Translations under genes and position numbers: made by a program
The notes under the pieces: model-generated
Databases searched by the model: none
The model's input: the letters and a program-made list of their open reading frames with translations, nothing else
What the model was told of the DNA's origin: nothing
NCBI GenBank assembly: GCA_036172245.1
Contig: JAYWIR010000001.1
Location: 5,518,001-5,582,000, forward strand
DNA from: Raillietiella orientalis
Taxonomy: Eukaryota
DNA: 64,000 nt
Direction: 5' to 3'
Shown: positions 48,660 through 61,099 of the stretch, piece by piece
Numbering within the stretch: position 1 is the stretch's first letter
Layout of the letters: every line of letters starts with the position of its first letter

Positions 48660-49750
48660 AGGATTATTCCTGCCAGGAGCATCCAGGATCCTCCTTCTGG
48701 CTCTGAAGGAACAGAAACAATCTGTGCTTCCTTACCGGAAGCGCTGGGACACGCTTCGCCGTGAGACTGTCGCCGACCACTCGCGCTTCCAGACTACAGG
48801 GAACTCGTCTCTCCCGAAGGTCCGCCTGGCATGCGGGAAAGCCCACGCCTCCTCATCCAGGCTCTTGTGGAGACTGCCAGGCGATGCAACTCTTCCTGAT
48901 GGACTGTTGAGGTGTGCAACCTCATCACCGCGACCTCGTTTCCATCTCTGTGGCCCTTTTCGAGGATGGCTCGAGTGCTGTCCAATTCTGATGGAAGAAG
49001 GCATGATCTCTTTTGCATCCATCGGTTTCTTTGACCCTTGTTAAAACACCCTTACGTAGGTCACGCACACCCTCCAGCCACCATGACATTCCAAGTTTTC
49101 CCAACGGTTGCCGGTGTCTTCCTGATCGTGTGGGAATCCGGAAGGTGTCCAGGGCAACTCAGCAGCATGAGGACCGGCTTTTTCAGCTGAGGCATCTGAA
49201 TCAAGAGGAAACGGGGTGGAAGCCAATTGACCTCTATTGAGTTCGGTCCGAGGAAACACGCCGAGATCTTCAGCCACTTCTTGCCATGGAAGAATACCGA
49301 GTGACTGGAAGATTAAGCACTCAATCAGCAGCATCCAGGACGAGCTGTGCACAGGGTGCGGGGGGGGAGGGGGGGAAGAAAACTTGGCTTTACGCGCTCA
49401 ACTGCGCGCCAAGGCTGAACAGCGCCGAAGGCTGTGGCCGCGAACCGCAGAGCGGCAAGAGGATGTGGAGATCTCGGTGCGGGATTTTTCCAAGGGAGCA
49501 GCAGCGTACCCTTCAAACCCTCATGGCTGTTCTATGGAGAGGGAGATGGAAAGCAGCGCTCGCCACGACCATTCCGAGATGACTCATTCAGAGGAAGATG
49601 GGCATCAGGAACTGCGGCAGCATCCCAGCCTGGACGTGCCTCTGAGGATGCTTCCTGGGTGAGGGGGATCCAGTGATCCCTACTGACTCTTCCGGAAAAT
49701 GTTCACATGGTGCCTTGAATTATGATCTTTCGAAGCGGATGCAAATGTGT
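48660..49750 (+). mobile_element. L1-like ORF2 post-RT and zinc-finger relic
   Basis: RWDTLRRE...SSLPKVRLACGK...FHLCG...EEGM, and DELCTGCGG...EENL...RRLW (49340-49440). Confidence 0.45.
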
Positions 49751-50245
49751 ACATAACTGTGTTCATGTACGAGTTGGCGTGCAGGAAGTTCACCTCACCG
49801 CTCGTCGGACATTGGGGAGAAGCTGAGACCTGCGGCCGACCTCTGGAGGTGAAAATTCCTGCTAGGCACGCGCCCAGATCCAAGATGAGCTCTTCAAAAC
49901 TCAGGACAGAGCCAGCTCCGCCCCTTTCCGAGCTTGTCCACGCCCGAGGATACCCGGGCGAAACGATCTGATGCTCCGCCTCACCCAGGTATCCAGGGAA
50001 ACGAAACTTTCGCTCCTTCCCGGCTTTCAAAAGGCAGAGAAGCCGCCGCTCTCTCCGTGTCGCATCCTCTGGGAGGCGCTTCCGGTGCTTCGGAGGAGAG
50101 ACTCCGTCTGGTTGCCTGCTCGAACACGTTCACACGCCCGAAGGGATTCCCAGGTGACCACCCGCCAGCTCGAGTCCGCTTCGCAGGCATCCGCGCCTTC
50201 ACCTTTCCTGTCAGGAAGCGTCGCTCCAGCCCTTCCACACAAAGA

Positions 50246-51350
50246 GTTATCACCAGGGTGGGCTAAGACGTTTGTTTATAAATAAAATAAACATTTGCTA
50301 TTTCTGTGGTTGGACTGGTGGTCCAACCATGTCCTTTTCACATCTGTCCTGCTGAGTTACCGGTATACAGACCGGTGAGGTCCGTCACGGAAGCGGCACG
50401 AGGCCGGACACGGAAGCAGCAGGGAGAGGACAAGCAAAAGAAGAAAAATAAAATAAAATATACAAAATAAATAAACTCTGGGGTGGAGCGGGTGTGTGGG
50501 ATGGGATCACGTCCTGGTGGGGGCAGTCCTTTGCATCCTCTGCAGGTGGGACCATCTTGTCGCCATCCTCGTCAAGCGAACGGCGGAGTGGATGTGGCAC
50601 CCCTGTCGCTTGATCCTCCTCTTGCATCGCTCTATGCAGCGACGATCCCGCTTAAGCAGCAGAGAGCTGCTAGCGAGGCTGCCGGCCGAAGAGTGTCGCG
50701 TAGGAGGAGGGGTCATAAAGCATCTCTGGGATTGCCTCCGCGGGGTTCCTACGGTCGCGACAAAGCGTTCCCAGAGGGGTGGAGAGCAACGAAATCCATA
50801 AGCAGGTGCGGGAGGGATTCGCGCTCCCTGCACCTGGTACAGTTCGGGCCCACTCCTCCCACCCCCATGTCCAGTGATGCCGGCGGGCGTTGCACGGGCG
50901 GCCCCAGCACAGCAGCAGCACCGACTCCTGCCACTTTAAGGAGGACGAGAGAAGGAACGTTCATCCGACGGTGCTTTCGGCTTCACTCCTTCGAAGGAAG
51001 GACATTTCACGTCCCCTTTCCGCTGGCGTCTGAGGCAGAGCATCTCTGCCACGTGTATGGGTCCCTCTCGGGTTGACCGGAAGAGGAAGTCCCTGCTTGG
51101 CTTCCGAAAAATTGGTTCGCTTCCGTGCGTCTTTGCCTTTCCTGATTGAAGCCAGAAGGGGGGTGAACTCTGTGCAAAGGAAATGGGAGGAGGATGCTCT
51201 GAAGAGGAAAGTTCGGCAGTCCTGCTGTTCCAGAGAGAAGAGTTGGCTGGTTTCTACGGAGCGGGTGACCTTGGGAAGCTGCGTTCACCGCGGCCGCTCC
51301 GTGCCTCCTGAAGGGGTCGCTTCCGCTGCGGGGAGCAGCGAGCTCTGAGC
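50246..51350 (-). mobile_element. L1/Tx1-clade LINE 3' fragment
   Basis: LCWGRPCNARRHHW and PNCTRCRERESLPHLLMD. T-rich 3' UTR, hairpin at 50307-50329 and terminal motif at 50246-50280. Confidence 0.8.
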
Positions 51351-51378
51351 TGCACCCTCGTATGCCGAGCAGGCGATG

Positions 51379-53300
51379 CCACCCGGATACGCCGGGACGT
51401 TTATTAAAACTTTCCTATGGTCACGAAAATACGTGGTACAAGGCCCCACTAACGGCCACACAACAACGGACCTGCCGGGACGCCGGGACGCAGCCCGGTG
51501 TGACTCTCCTCGGCAGTGGAGGGAGATGGGGGAGAAAACAAAAAGAAAAATAAAACAATAGCCGAAAAAAAAAAGAGTTTTTGGAGAGAAGGGAAGGAAT
51601 CACTGCCCACTGGGAGGAGGATCCATCCTTTGCAGGATGCCCTCGAGGTCCTCCTTCAATCTATCCAGCTGGCGCCATCCGGTAGCTCTCTGCAGGAAGC
51701 AAACAGCATACGGGATGACGTCCTTTACGATGGAATCTTCATCTTCGGCTTCACTCCAGGCCGCCACAATACCACGGATGCAGCAAAGTGCTGCCAGGGC
51801 TGCGGCTGGCCTCAGGGCGTCCCGCACGAAGAGCAGACTGTAAACGTCTCTGGGTTGCCGCCAACCGGTGTACTAAGGTCCGTCCCGAGACGTTCCCACA
51901 GAATCCGGAGGGCAGGGCAGTCAACTATAAGGTGGGGGAGGGACTCTCGCTCCCCACACCTGGCACACTCAGGATTCACTCTTCCCCGCGTCCAGTGGAA
52001 GCGGCGCGCGTTGCAGGGTAGACCCCAATGCAACAACAACATCTGCGCCGACTCTTGTCACTTCAGGGGAAGAATCCTGGATCCTGTCAATACCGGGAGC
52101 CACTTCAGGCCATCCGCCCGGATGCCGAGCAGCTCGCCCAATCTCGTTAATCCTCTCGGCTGGACACTCGGGGTCGTAGCATCGGCCAGCTCTCCCATGG
52201 TCCAGCCGCTCATCATCTTCTCTCTGCCTGCGATACGGCAGGAGACTTGCCACCTCGGCTTCCGGTTGTTATGAAGCGCCCACCTCTGGAAGGGCAGCTC
52301 CGTAGCAAGGGGTGTCCTCTCCGCCCACGTGCAACTGGCGGGAAATTCCAGAATTTCACGCATAGTGCGGCGGGAGTAGAAGCCGCGCGGGCGAGCACCC
52401 CAAAAGGGGGGGGAGGGGCGCAGAGGAGCACCGAAGAGCTCGGTGCCGAGGTTTTCCGAAACGTTCTTCGCTGTCGTGAAGAGCGCGGATCTCCAGTGCG
52501 CACGCACCGTCAGCGAGCGCCGGGTGTGGGCGGAGAGGTCGATCTTCACGGGACGGTGATCGTGAAGGACCGAGTCAGAGAGCTCGCTGGAGGCTCGAAG
52601 TCCCCTCCGCTGCCACGTCTCCAGCGGAGCGCGGCAGCATCCGGTGCCACTTCAGCATGAGTCACGATCGCAGGAAGGTGAGCAGGAGGGGATGCGCGTC
52701 CTCCCCGGATGCAGGGATGCTGGGGAAGGAAAGTAAGGGAGGGAACCTCGCATCCGGAGCGGGCGGCGCAAGTCAGGGAAGAAAGCGGCAAGGAAGAAGA
52801 GGTTCGTGCTGCTGCTCGAAAGGTCGGAGTCGCGCCCTGAAGGGCGGCGACGGAGGTTCTCGGCACGTTACGGAGGTCGACCCCAATCTGCCGTGGAGTC
52901 CTCCGCGAATCCGGCCTTTCCCAGAAGAAACCAGGCGAACCGGGAGCAGTTCATTCTGGAGACGCTGGAAGTGCCCCCCTCCCCTAGCGTCGAGGAAGGA
53001 ACGAGGAAGCTGGAAAACGAGCGACGTGCACGCGCGCCGTACGATTTGTCCGCGACGATGGATTGATCAATAGCGCGTGCCCCTGATGGCCTTCGGCCCG
53101 CATCTCGGAAGTGGTGCGGTCGCTGCAGCCGAACTGGCCTCAGAGGCGCGCACTCGCGAAACGGAAGGTCACGCAGGCGGGCTGGTCCGGCTTCTGCTTG
53201 CGTACTAGGGAGGAGCGGAGAGTACGAGGGACAGGGGCGAAACGCAGCGGGAGGGCCGCCGCGACCTCAGGTCAGCAGGGCGGAAGTCATCAGGGAGTCC
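51379..53300 (-). mobile_element. L1/Tx1-clade LINE: RT relic to terminus, internally deleted
   Basis: LRPVRL (~53125-53145), QSIVADKSYGARARRS (~53020-53067) and RSGCEVPS (~52740-52762). Best-preserved zinc finger LHWGLPCNARRFHWTRGRVNPECARCGERESLPHLIVDCPALRILW (51895-52035). Terminal motif at 51379-51409. Confidence 0.85.
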
Positions 53301-53489
53301 GACCTCCTAAAGCACGTGCGCACGGTGACGAAGGACAGGAGGGAGAGAGAGAGAGAAAGAGAAAAATGCGCTGCCGCCTCGCGCGAAGGGCAAATGCGCG
53401 TGCGCAAACGCACAAGGCGCTCTGCTTGCATGTGCGTGCACGTGGTGCACGGAAGATGCGTGGGTGCACACTTCCTTGGCAAAGCAGCA

Positions 53490-54520
53490 CGGGCATGATC
53501 ACACATGCATGTTAGCTGGCATGTGTGTGTGGACGTACGCATACGTATAAACCTATACATGTGCACTGTATACACAGTGAAAGTTTATCTGTGTACTTGG
53601 GAATTCAAACCAAGTATTTGTGCATGCGTACATCTACATATGCGTGCGTGTCTATACGTGCATACAAACACACATACACAGAGATATACATAGATTTCCA
53701 TATATGTGTGATCATATACATATGCACACACACCTATGCATGCATACATCTATACGATGCATACTCAACTGTCCAGATATGTGCACTAACTCATATACAT
53801 ATATATATGCATATATATGTATATGTGCACCCATACGTACGTGTATATATGTACATGTCAACATACCCGTATCTACATGTGTATCTATCTATCGATCTAA
53901 AATGTGTTTCTGTACATGCACGTATATATTCATATACATCTATATACATGTACACATATCCTGGTTCAAGCACCCGCGCACACATGCGCGCATATGATAC
54001 CTTGGTATGTACATTCGTGCACGCGCATGTATATTGGCATCTATGTATACAAGGATACTCCGAGGAACAGAGATACATGTGTACATCCATACACACATAT
54101 GTATGCGAACACGTGTGGACATGAACACAGATGTGCGCAGATGCAGAATATGCAGGTATGTTCATGGATATGTGTGCTTATATGTGTACAAAGTATATGC
54201 ATGCTTACGCGTACATACAGATGCACACACGCATATATGCGTGTATGTCTACGTGTGCACACATGCATGTGTGAAGGGATATCTGTATACGCGTATATGT
54301 ACATAAACACTCATACACGCAGATGTGCGGTATACGTGTGCGTATATGTATGTATACATATGCAGATGCAAGTATGTACATATGCATATGCTGTTAAGGC
54401 ATGTGCACGCGTGTGCACGACCCAGAGATACGTCCGCGTGTTCGCGCAAGCACGCACAAGTGCATGCACAATGTGTACATGATGACGTATATGCAAGTGA
54501 GTGAATGTACACATTAAGGC
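53490..54520. repeat. ~1-kb degenerate alternating purine-pyrimidine (TA/CA/TG) tract
   Basis: Directly visible. It produces the H/Y/I/M/C/T/V-only ORFs on both strands. Confidence 0.95.
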
Positions 54521-54799
54521 GCTCATACGCGCGCGATCCGACGTGACTGAGTGGCCAGGGGCCGTTTCTCCTTTTTTCCCCCTCGCATCCCGCTGGAAGG
54601 TCGTGGTCAGGAGAGACCGAGGAGAGGTCGCTCAGCGCCCCCAGCGGCGACGACACGCGCGAGTTTTCCACCGAATCCGCCGTCCGCGCGACCTGGGTCG
54701 CGGAGTCTCGGAGCAAACGATGCCGAAGTTTCCTGAAAGGGGGGGGTGAGACCCGTCGGCAAATCCTTTCAGGCGGCGAAGCCTGTTCGCCAGAGCGCA

Positions 54800-56900
54800 G
54801 GTCGGTTCTTCCCCTTCCCGGCGCCCAGTCGCTGGCCTCGGGGGCGCGACGGGACGTGGACCCCACAGCCTCTTCCTCCGGAACCGCCGATTCGGTGCGA
54901 GGCCACCGGTTCCTGGCCAACCAGGAGAGGAGGGCCTCCCGTGGGCGACGCGCGGGGCGGGGAGGGTGCCCTCCCGCACGTCGCCCACGCGGCACGCGCT
55001 CTCACCGTTCACCCGCAAGATGCGCTCCTGGTTGCTCGAGAGCGGGAGCGGCCAGAGCGAGTCGGGTTGCACCCGCTTTCTTGCTCCGGGGTCCCGCAGG
55101 GATGCTCGAACGCACCAGAGTGAACTCCACCCGATTCCCAGCGAGATGCTGAGAAGATGCTTCCGGAGGGACTTCGCGGTCCTCCGAAATGTCCATTCCG
55201 CCGCCCAGGAGCGTCCGGTGGCGGAGGATTGTGCCGACCTTCCCCAGCGTGCTTGATTCGGAAAAAGCGCTGCTGGTTCCCTAGAAACCAAACCAGGAGC
55301 GCGCGGCAGCGCCTTCCGAAGGAGAATCGGTCGACTCGACCCGGGCGGGTCTCTCTGCAGAGGTCGCAGTCGGACACCCAAAGGGCGGCACGCGACGCCC
55401 GATGACCGACGACCAGCGGTGCGGGAAGCCGACCCCTGGCGCAGTGCCAGCGGCGGAGCCCCGCATGCAGCAGAGGCGGTGTCCACGGCGGCATCCGCAT
55501 CTGCGACACGTCGGGACGCAGCGTCGCCTTCTCCCTCCCCCTGGAGACCAGGGTCCGGCACCAGCAGACAGCACGGAATTGGAATGGTCCGGTAGGCATC
55601 CCGAAAAGCTTTATTTCCCGGAGTTTCGGGGCGGCTCTCTCGGTCCGGGGCTGATGACACCTCCGCACCAAGGAGTACCGCCCAGCAGCTAGGCGCGTTG
55701 CGCACGGACGACCGGCGCCGTCCACGGGAAGGGGAGGGAGTGGGCGCTCGCCATGGGAACTCCTGTTGGCCTGAAGCCACTTGCCCGTCGCGCCTCTCCG
55801 TAACTGGAAGCAGACATCGACGGCAGCTTCGATGAACTGGGGAAAAAAACTGAGCAGGAAGCTGCCGAATTCCCATTTGCATTGACAGCACGAGAGGGGC
55901 GACGCTGCCCCCAGGGTTTTTAGCGGCGCTAGCATTAGTGATTCCGCTCCATAGCAGCGGTTCCCAAGACGGAGTGGCACTCTTCTTGATGGAGACGCAT
56001 GGAAAGGTCACAAGTGGTGGTGCCCATGGGATGCAGCTACTCAGTCGGGATGATGCTCATTGCTTGATTTGCTCCCTAGAAGCAAATCAAGCAATGACTC
56101 CATTTCAAGAAGGATACAAGAGTTCTGAATGTCACAGAGGGGCGCACTTCGTCTCAGCGCCGCTCTCCGGGAATCCAATGGGATGATGGCATCGGTCAGA
56201 AATGCTCCATCTTCAGTAAGAGACCATCCGGCTCTGACCGGACAGAGTCTTCCTGGATATCGATTCCACCGGGAGGGAGGGAGGGAGGAAAAGCGACCCT
56301 CCAGTTACAGGCGATCACTCGAGGCAGGGAATAGGGAACTTGTGCGCATGGGTGCATGTGCCCGTCTGCCGTCCGAAAAGCCCCCGAGGCTTCCATTCTG
56401 CGAACAGATATAGTTATCTTTTGCATGCCGAAACTTCCGGCAGTTCTCATCCCAGACCCACGCGTGAAACGATGACATCATAGGGAAGAGCAAAGAGCGC
56501 TAGCAACTTCTGAAAGGCTGCCGTGAGGGTGACTTGCAAAGCTGAAGGACCGCGTGCGTCGCGGTTCTTCGGCCTGACCGAGGAAGCATTCCGACCGCCT
56601 GAAACGAAAGTAGCACTAACAAACCGCATGATCCAGTATCGTTGATGACAGGCAGATGGTCCCATTTGCTTGGAAGAACTTCTGAAGTTTCAGGGAATCC
56701 GTGAGCGAAGTCAAATAACCGCAAGACCACGCTGTTGGTCTTGCGGTCTCCAGCGCGCTGGGTTAACGGACCAGGTAGGATGGCGCACATCACGTGGGAT
56801 CCAGAATTCTTGCAAGGTCACCAGCGGTGTGAGATCTGCAGAATCCGAGGCCGCCGACGCCTGGAACGATTTTCGGCGCGCACCCTTCCTCTTCCCCCCG
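54800..56900 (+). mobile_element. LINE 5' relic (ORF1 and APE endonuclease), convergent with the Beat gene 3' end
   Basis: SELHPIPSEMLRRCF (~55120-55165), knuckle relics QRCGKP and PACSRGGVH (55410-55490), TPVGLKPLARR (~55760-55790) and HSSGSQDGVALFL (~55950-55990). Confidence 0.5.
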
Positions 56901-57030
56901 TCCCCAGGTGGAGCGTTCGTCCGAAATGAAGGAAATGATTCCAGCAACGGTATATTTCAAGACGAAGCACGAGGTGTGAAAGAACACGAGTTGAGCCGGA
57001 CTCCCAGGGCGAAGAGAAGCATGCTGGGAT
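56790..57030 (-). CDS. Candidate terminal exon of the Beat-family gene (frame uncertain)
   Basis: Good acceptor TGTTGTTCTCTTGCAG with AG at 57031-57032. Donors at 57076 (GTGAAT) or 57080 (GTGGGT) would give 46- or 50-nt introns. Both resulting frames contain a hydrophobic stretch. No homology support. Confidence 0.35.
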
Positions 57031-57076
57031 CTGCAAGAGAACAACACTGAAAGCTCGCGGGAAGGCGCGGATTCAC

Positions 57077-57321
57077 CCACGTGATAACAGGGAAGAGGAT
57101 CCGGAAATGGCCTTCGCCGTCTCTCTCTTGTGGAAAATTTCGTAAACATTGTGCTCGTCCCCGTGCCACAGGAACGGGCCGAGCTTCGCCTTGCAGTTCA
57201 GGATGATCTTGCCCTTCCTGCGGTGCTTGGTGGTGATCTGGAACTCGAGACCCAGGGTCGAGGTCTCCAGCCCGGTTTTGTCTATCGTCACAGGGTACTG
57301 CACGAGGTGCTTCGGGTCCAC
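57077..57321 (-). CDS. beat: Beaten path (Beat)-family Ig superfamily protein, exon for the second half of Ig domain 2
   Basis: VDPKHLVQYPVTIDKTGLETSTLGLEFQITTKHRRKGKIILNCKAKLG matches the Beat pattern GLExSxLGLxF...H...GxxxLxCxA. Phase-0 acceptor CCCCCAG at 57322-57328. Strong C/G third-position bias. The 3' boundary is either a donor at 57076/57080 or TGA at 57073-57075. Paralog not assignable. Confidence 0.85.
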
Positions 57322-57367
57322 CTGGGGGCAGTTCAGAAGCTTCTCTTGAAGGGGGAGCGGACCCGAC

Positions 57368-57501
57368 CTCGACGTTGTTGATCAACCAAGTCAAGTTGAC
57401 TGCCGGAAAGGAGTCCACGGAGGTGCAGTTCGCCTGCACAACGTCCCCCAGGGAGAAATGGTTCTGCTTCACGCTGATGACGGGATTCTCTTTCGGCGGA
57501 A
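57368..57501 (-). CDS. beat: Beaten path (Beat)-family protein, exon for the first half of Ig domain 2
   Basis: (V)PPKENPVISVKQNHFSLGDVVQANCTSVDSFPAVNLTWLINNVE carries the Beat motif GDxVxxNCTSxxSxPAxxLxWxIN. Acceptor TTTTTCTTCCCTGCCAG (phase 1) and donor GAG|GTCGGG (phase 0). Splices in frame to the next exon. Confidence 0.9.
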
Positions 57502-57899
57502 CTGGCAGGGAAGAAAAACTCAAGGAATTGACCCATTTGGGGGACAACGCCCTTGGAGCGACAGTACTTCGAAACAACCCCCAAAGTGAGGATCTGGGAA
57601 AGGCCCTTCGGCAGAGTCAGAGGAGCAGGCAGTGAGTCCGCAATCCTGTTTGCGCGAAGATGATGGCACCAGGAGTAACGCCAGCAGTGTGCAGCAGCAG
57701 AGCCCACATACGCAGAAAGACAAAGACCACGGCGGCGTCCACCGCCTACGATGCGCCCGGGAGCACCATCGCCTCTGCCCCCCTCCACGAGACTAGCGGT
57801 GAGCACCAGGAGGAACGACCAGGGAGTCTCGTAGATACTGGCGCGACCCGTTGGATCCAGAGACCACGCAAGATTCCTGGATCATCCGAAAAAGCCGCC

Positions 57900-59280
57900 G
57901 CTCCTGGGCCAGAAGGCAAGAAGTCTCAGAGGGATCGTCCGTTCGCTGCATGAAGCGATTTCTCGAGCACCAAGATAAGGTGAAGTTACGCGCGAAAACT
58001 GACCAAAACCGGTTCTCCTGCTGGCATCCCCCAAGCGGCGCGCCGAGTGGCCTTGGACACCACCTCGATATCGGACGAGCAGAGCGCGTGACCTGAAGGC
58101 GTGGTCAGGCACGTGACGATCCCTCTATTCCAACGTGACGTCTGTTTCTGGGGCGCGGGACATTCAGTTCTGCAACCTCGGCTTCCGGGGATTCGGGAGG
58201 CAGAAGGCGGCGCGGGACCACCGGCTACGACTCGGCCACGAAGCCCACCAAAGTCTCGACGCGCCAACAATCGGATGGCGGTCACGCGGAGGCGCACTCT
58301 ATGGAAAGCATCTATAACTGGTGGCTTCGGGGAATGAACATAATCCTGGAACCGAGACCTCAAGCTCCGAGGAGAGGGGAAGAAGCCACCTGTACTCGAT
58401 GTCGTCTATCTTTAAGGATAGCGCAGTGGCTGCACCGTGAGCGAACGGCGAAAGGGGGACAAACAGGAAGGACTGCCGCTTTGCTTCGCCTCTGAAGGAG
58501 TGCCGTAAAGACCAACTTTCGAGAGATTCCTGGGATCTCGGTATCCGGCGAAGGAGGGAGCGCTCAGGGGATTGCCAAAGAGACGGACAGGGAGGGAACG
58601 TTGCGCTCGAGCATTCGCTGCTCCCGGGATGCAAGTATAGGGAACAAGTCATCCGTGCACTGGAGTGATCCCCAGGAATCAAACCCTCGCCATGAGAACG
58701 AGTCGAAGAGAGCAGACCGAGCAGAGGAATGTGGTCATCGATGGCTGTTTCTTTGACTCCAAGCAATCTGGACTGAAGGTGGAGGGCAGGCGGAGTAGAA
58801 ACATCGTTGGTTCCTCTTGCGAAGGGGCACTGCATTGGCCAAAGCAAGGACCGTCCGACGTTTCGTCTTTGGAAGTTTCCTCAACCGATAAAATCCTTCT
58901 TCATCTGAAACTCGGTTCTACTCTCCAGCTTTCTGGAAGGAAATCCGGCTATGGAGCTCGTTTTTCACATCCGTGGTCTGATCCATTCTTGCTGCCGCAT
59001 CCGCTTTCTGCTTGCCTTCCAAAACGGTGGCCAAACGCTTCTCTCTTGGAACTTTTTCTTCTCGTCTCTTGCGTGGTTCCTAGCAGAGCCTGAAAGCAGA
59101 CTTTCAACGACTTCCATCTCGCTCTGATGGACCGCACGTACTCATCCATGCAACCGGAGCGCGCCCAGCTCCATTCTTCCGCGGTGCCAAGCGTTCTTCT
59201 CAAAGCGCGCTGCTGCTTTACGTATTCCCCACTCGCGGCAACCATCGGATCCCCTGGACCATTTCATCCCGAGGCATTTT
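57900..59280 (-). mobile_element. Decayed LINE ORF2 (endonuclease C-terminus and RT) inside the Beat intron
   Basis: EWSWARSGCMDEYV (~59135-59177), GSDH (~58975), SWRVEPS (~58915), KIDDIEYRWLLPL (~58380-58412), IDAFHRV (~58295-58316) and GRVVAGGP (~58215-58237). Confidence 0.5.
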
Positions 59281-61099
59281 TTTTTTTTTTAATCGCTTCT
59301 CCTTTTCCTTGATCGGGCTGCTGAGAGAACACGCTTTCCTTCCGGGTGCCGGGCAAGCGTCGTGCAGCAAGAATCGTGTCATTAATCAGTGTTAGTGCCC
59401 CGGCAATTCCCACGAATGCAAAAGGATGATTCGAGGACCTTCAGGTTAATTAGGAACATTAAGATTCTGTCAGGCAGTTGACGAGCTGAGGAATAATGGA
59501 ACCAGTTATGGTCCATTTATGACAAATGCATCCCGTGCGCCGTCCCTCCTTGGGACAACACGAATTTCCGTTCTAGCTTCCGCATCTGATCGAGACGTAA
59601 ACTCCTCCCGAGAACGAGCAAGAACAGCGGAAGCTCGGAGGAAAGCGGTGACTGGCCAGACATCCCTGCTTCCTCCTAGCCATCGTCATCTGGAAGGAAG
59701 AAGAGGAACGCGCGCCTTCCGGCTCATGTCCGAGGCAGAGGTGGACGAGAGCACCCGAGAGTTGAAAGCAAACGGATCCCGGGGCGCTGCGGAGGGAACA
59801 GGGGCATCCGAAGGAATCGGGTTCCCTGGGAAGACCCGGCGTAGAGGGCAGGGCGCGAAAGAGCTGGCAACCGTCTCGAGACGCTTCCGCATCTTCCCAA
59901 TCAGCGCGGGAGATCACGTAGAGGAGGAAGTGGATATTTCACGGTTGCATCGGATAAATGGCACGCGGAGATTAGTGATCCTCCCGAGGTCTTGATGAAC
60001 GCCCAGTCTGCGCGCGGGCGGTTAATCCCTACACATGCAGCTTCCCGGAAGCTGCGTAGGAATTTCCTCTAACCCCCGGGGAGGCGGACTCTCGCACATT
60101 GCCGGCCACCCGCTCCCCAATTGAGTTCTTCCCTCAGCGGGTGAAAGGAACCACCTACCGCACAGCCCTTCTTTCAAGCCCGTCAGTGGGACACCGGCGG
60201 AAAACAGCATCCGCGTTAAGCCAGACGCCGTTTCCGTCGGCTCCCGATCGCTCACTTTCGGGATGACTGGGATGAGAGCCGTTGACTCGGTGCACTTTCC
60301 GAACTGCGCCGCTTATTTGTTTTTCGAGGCAGCGGGAGACCTGCGAGATCCGAATGAGTGGTCCTCCCTGCGATCCCATTTATTTCGCAGCCTTGCGGCG
60401 AATCATCCGCTTGGGTACACGTGAGGACGGACATGCCGCTGCGTCCCGTCCGGCTCTGCGTAACCCGATTTCCCCGTTCAATTCAGAAAAACGAGATATC
60501 AAGATTGATACTGAAGACAGACGTTCGGTGATTAAGATGGAAACGGCGAAGAACATCGGGACCGAGGAGAAGAAGATATCAAAACAAAGAGCAAAGCGGT
60601 AGGAAAAAAACACACACACAAGTGCATACGAAATGCGGAAACACGTGAAAATAACACGAATCCAAGAAAAAGAAAGAAAGAAAGAAACGCAAGGAATCCA
60701 CAGACGAGGAGAAGACATCTTCAAGAGCGAACAAAAGAAGACAGGAATTTTTTATCTCGATCACCGAACTGGTTCGTGTATAGGCTGATCCAAGGATGAG
60801 GGCCTCACAAAGCGTAATAAGTGGACCTTGAGTCGTTAAAGCAGATAGCCGTTGAGCTGTTTTTGATGCCAATGAGGAGGCTGTCGCGTACACCGACGGT
60901 GAAATGGCTCAGAAGTAGGCACGCGATAGCAATGACCCTCGTTCTTAAAAAAAAAAAAAAAAAAAATTATGCGATTTAGTTACCAGTAGTAAATAGCAAA
61001 AGCATTTTCTAATTTCTCTTCCGCACATCTTGCTTCGGAAACTCAGCAAAGGATCGATAACCATAAAAAATCACATTGAATCCTATTTTATAGGGTGGT

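Noticed and set aside
53525-54526. Cys/His-rich ORFs resembling metal-binding proteins
   Set aside because: Artefact of the alternating purine-pyrimidine repeat, with the same composition in all frames.
54632-56011. Longest ORF (459 aa, minus), and similar long R/P/G/S-rich ORFs such as 18180-19190, 797-1744 and 15798-16694
   Set aside because: No coherent domain. They are antisense or off-frame to LINE relics or lie in GC-rich DNA where stop codons are scarce.
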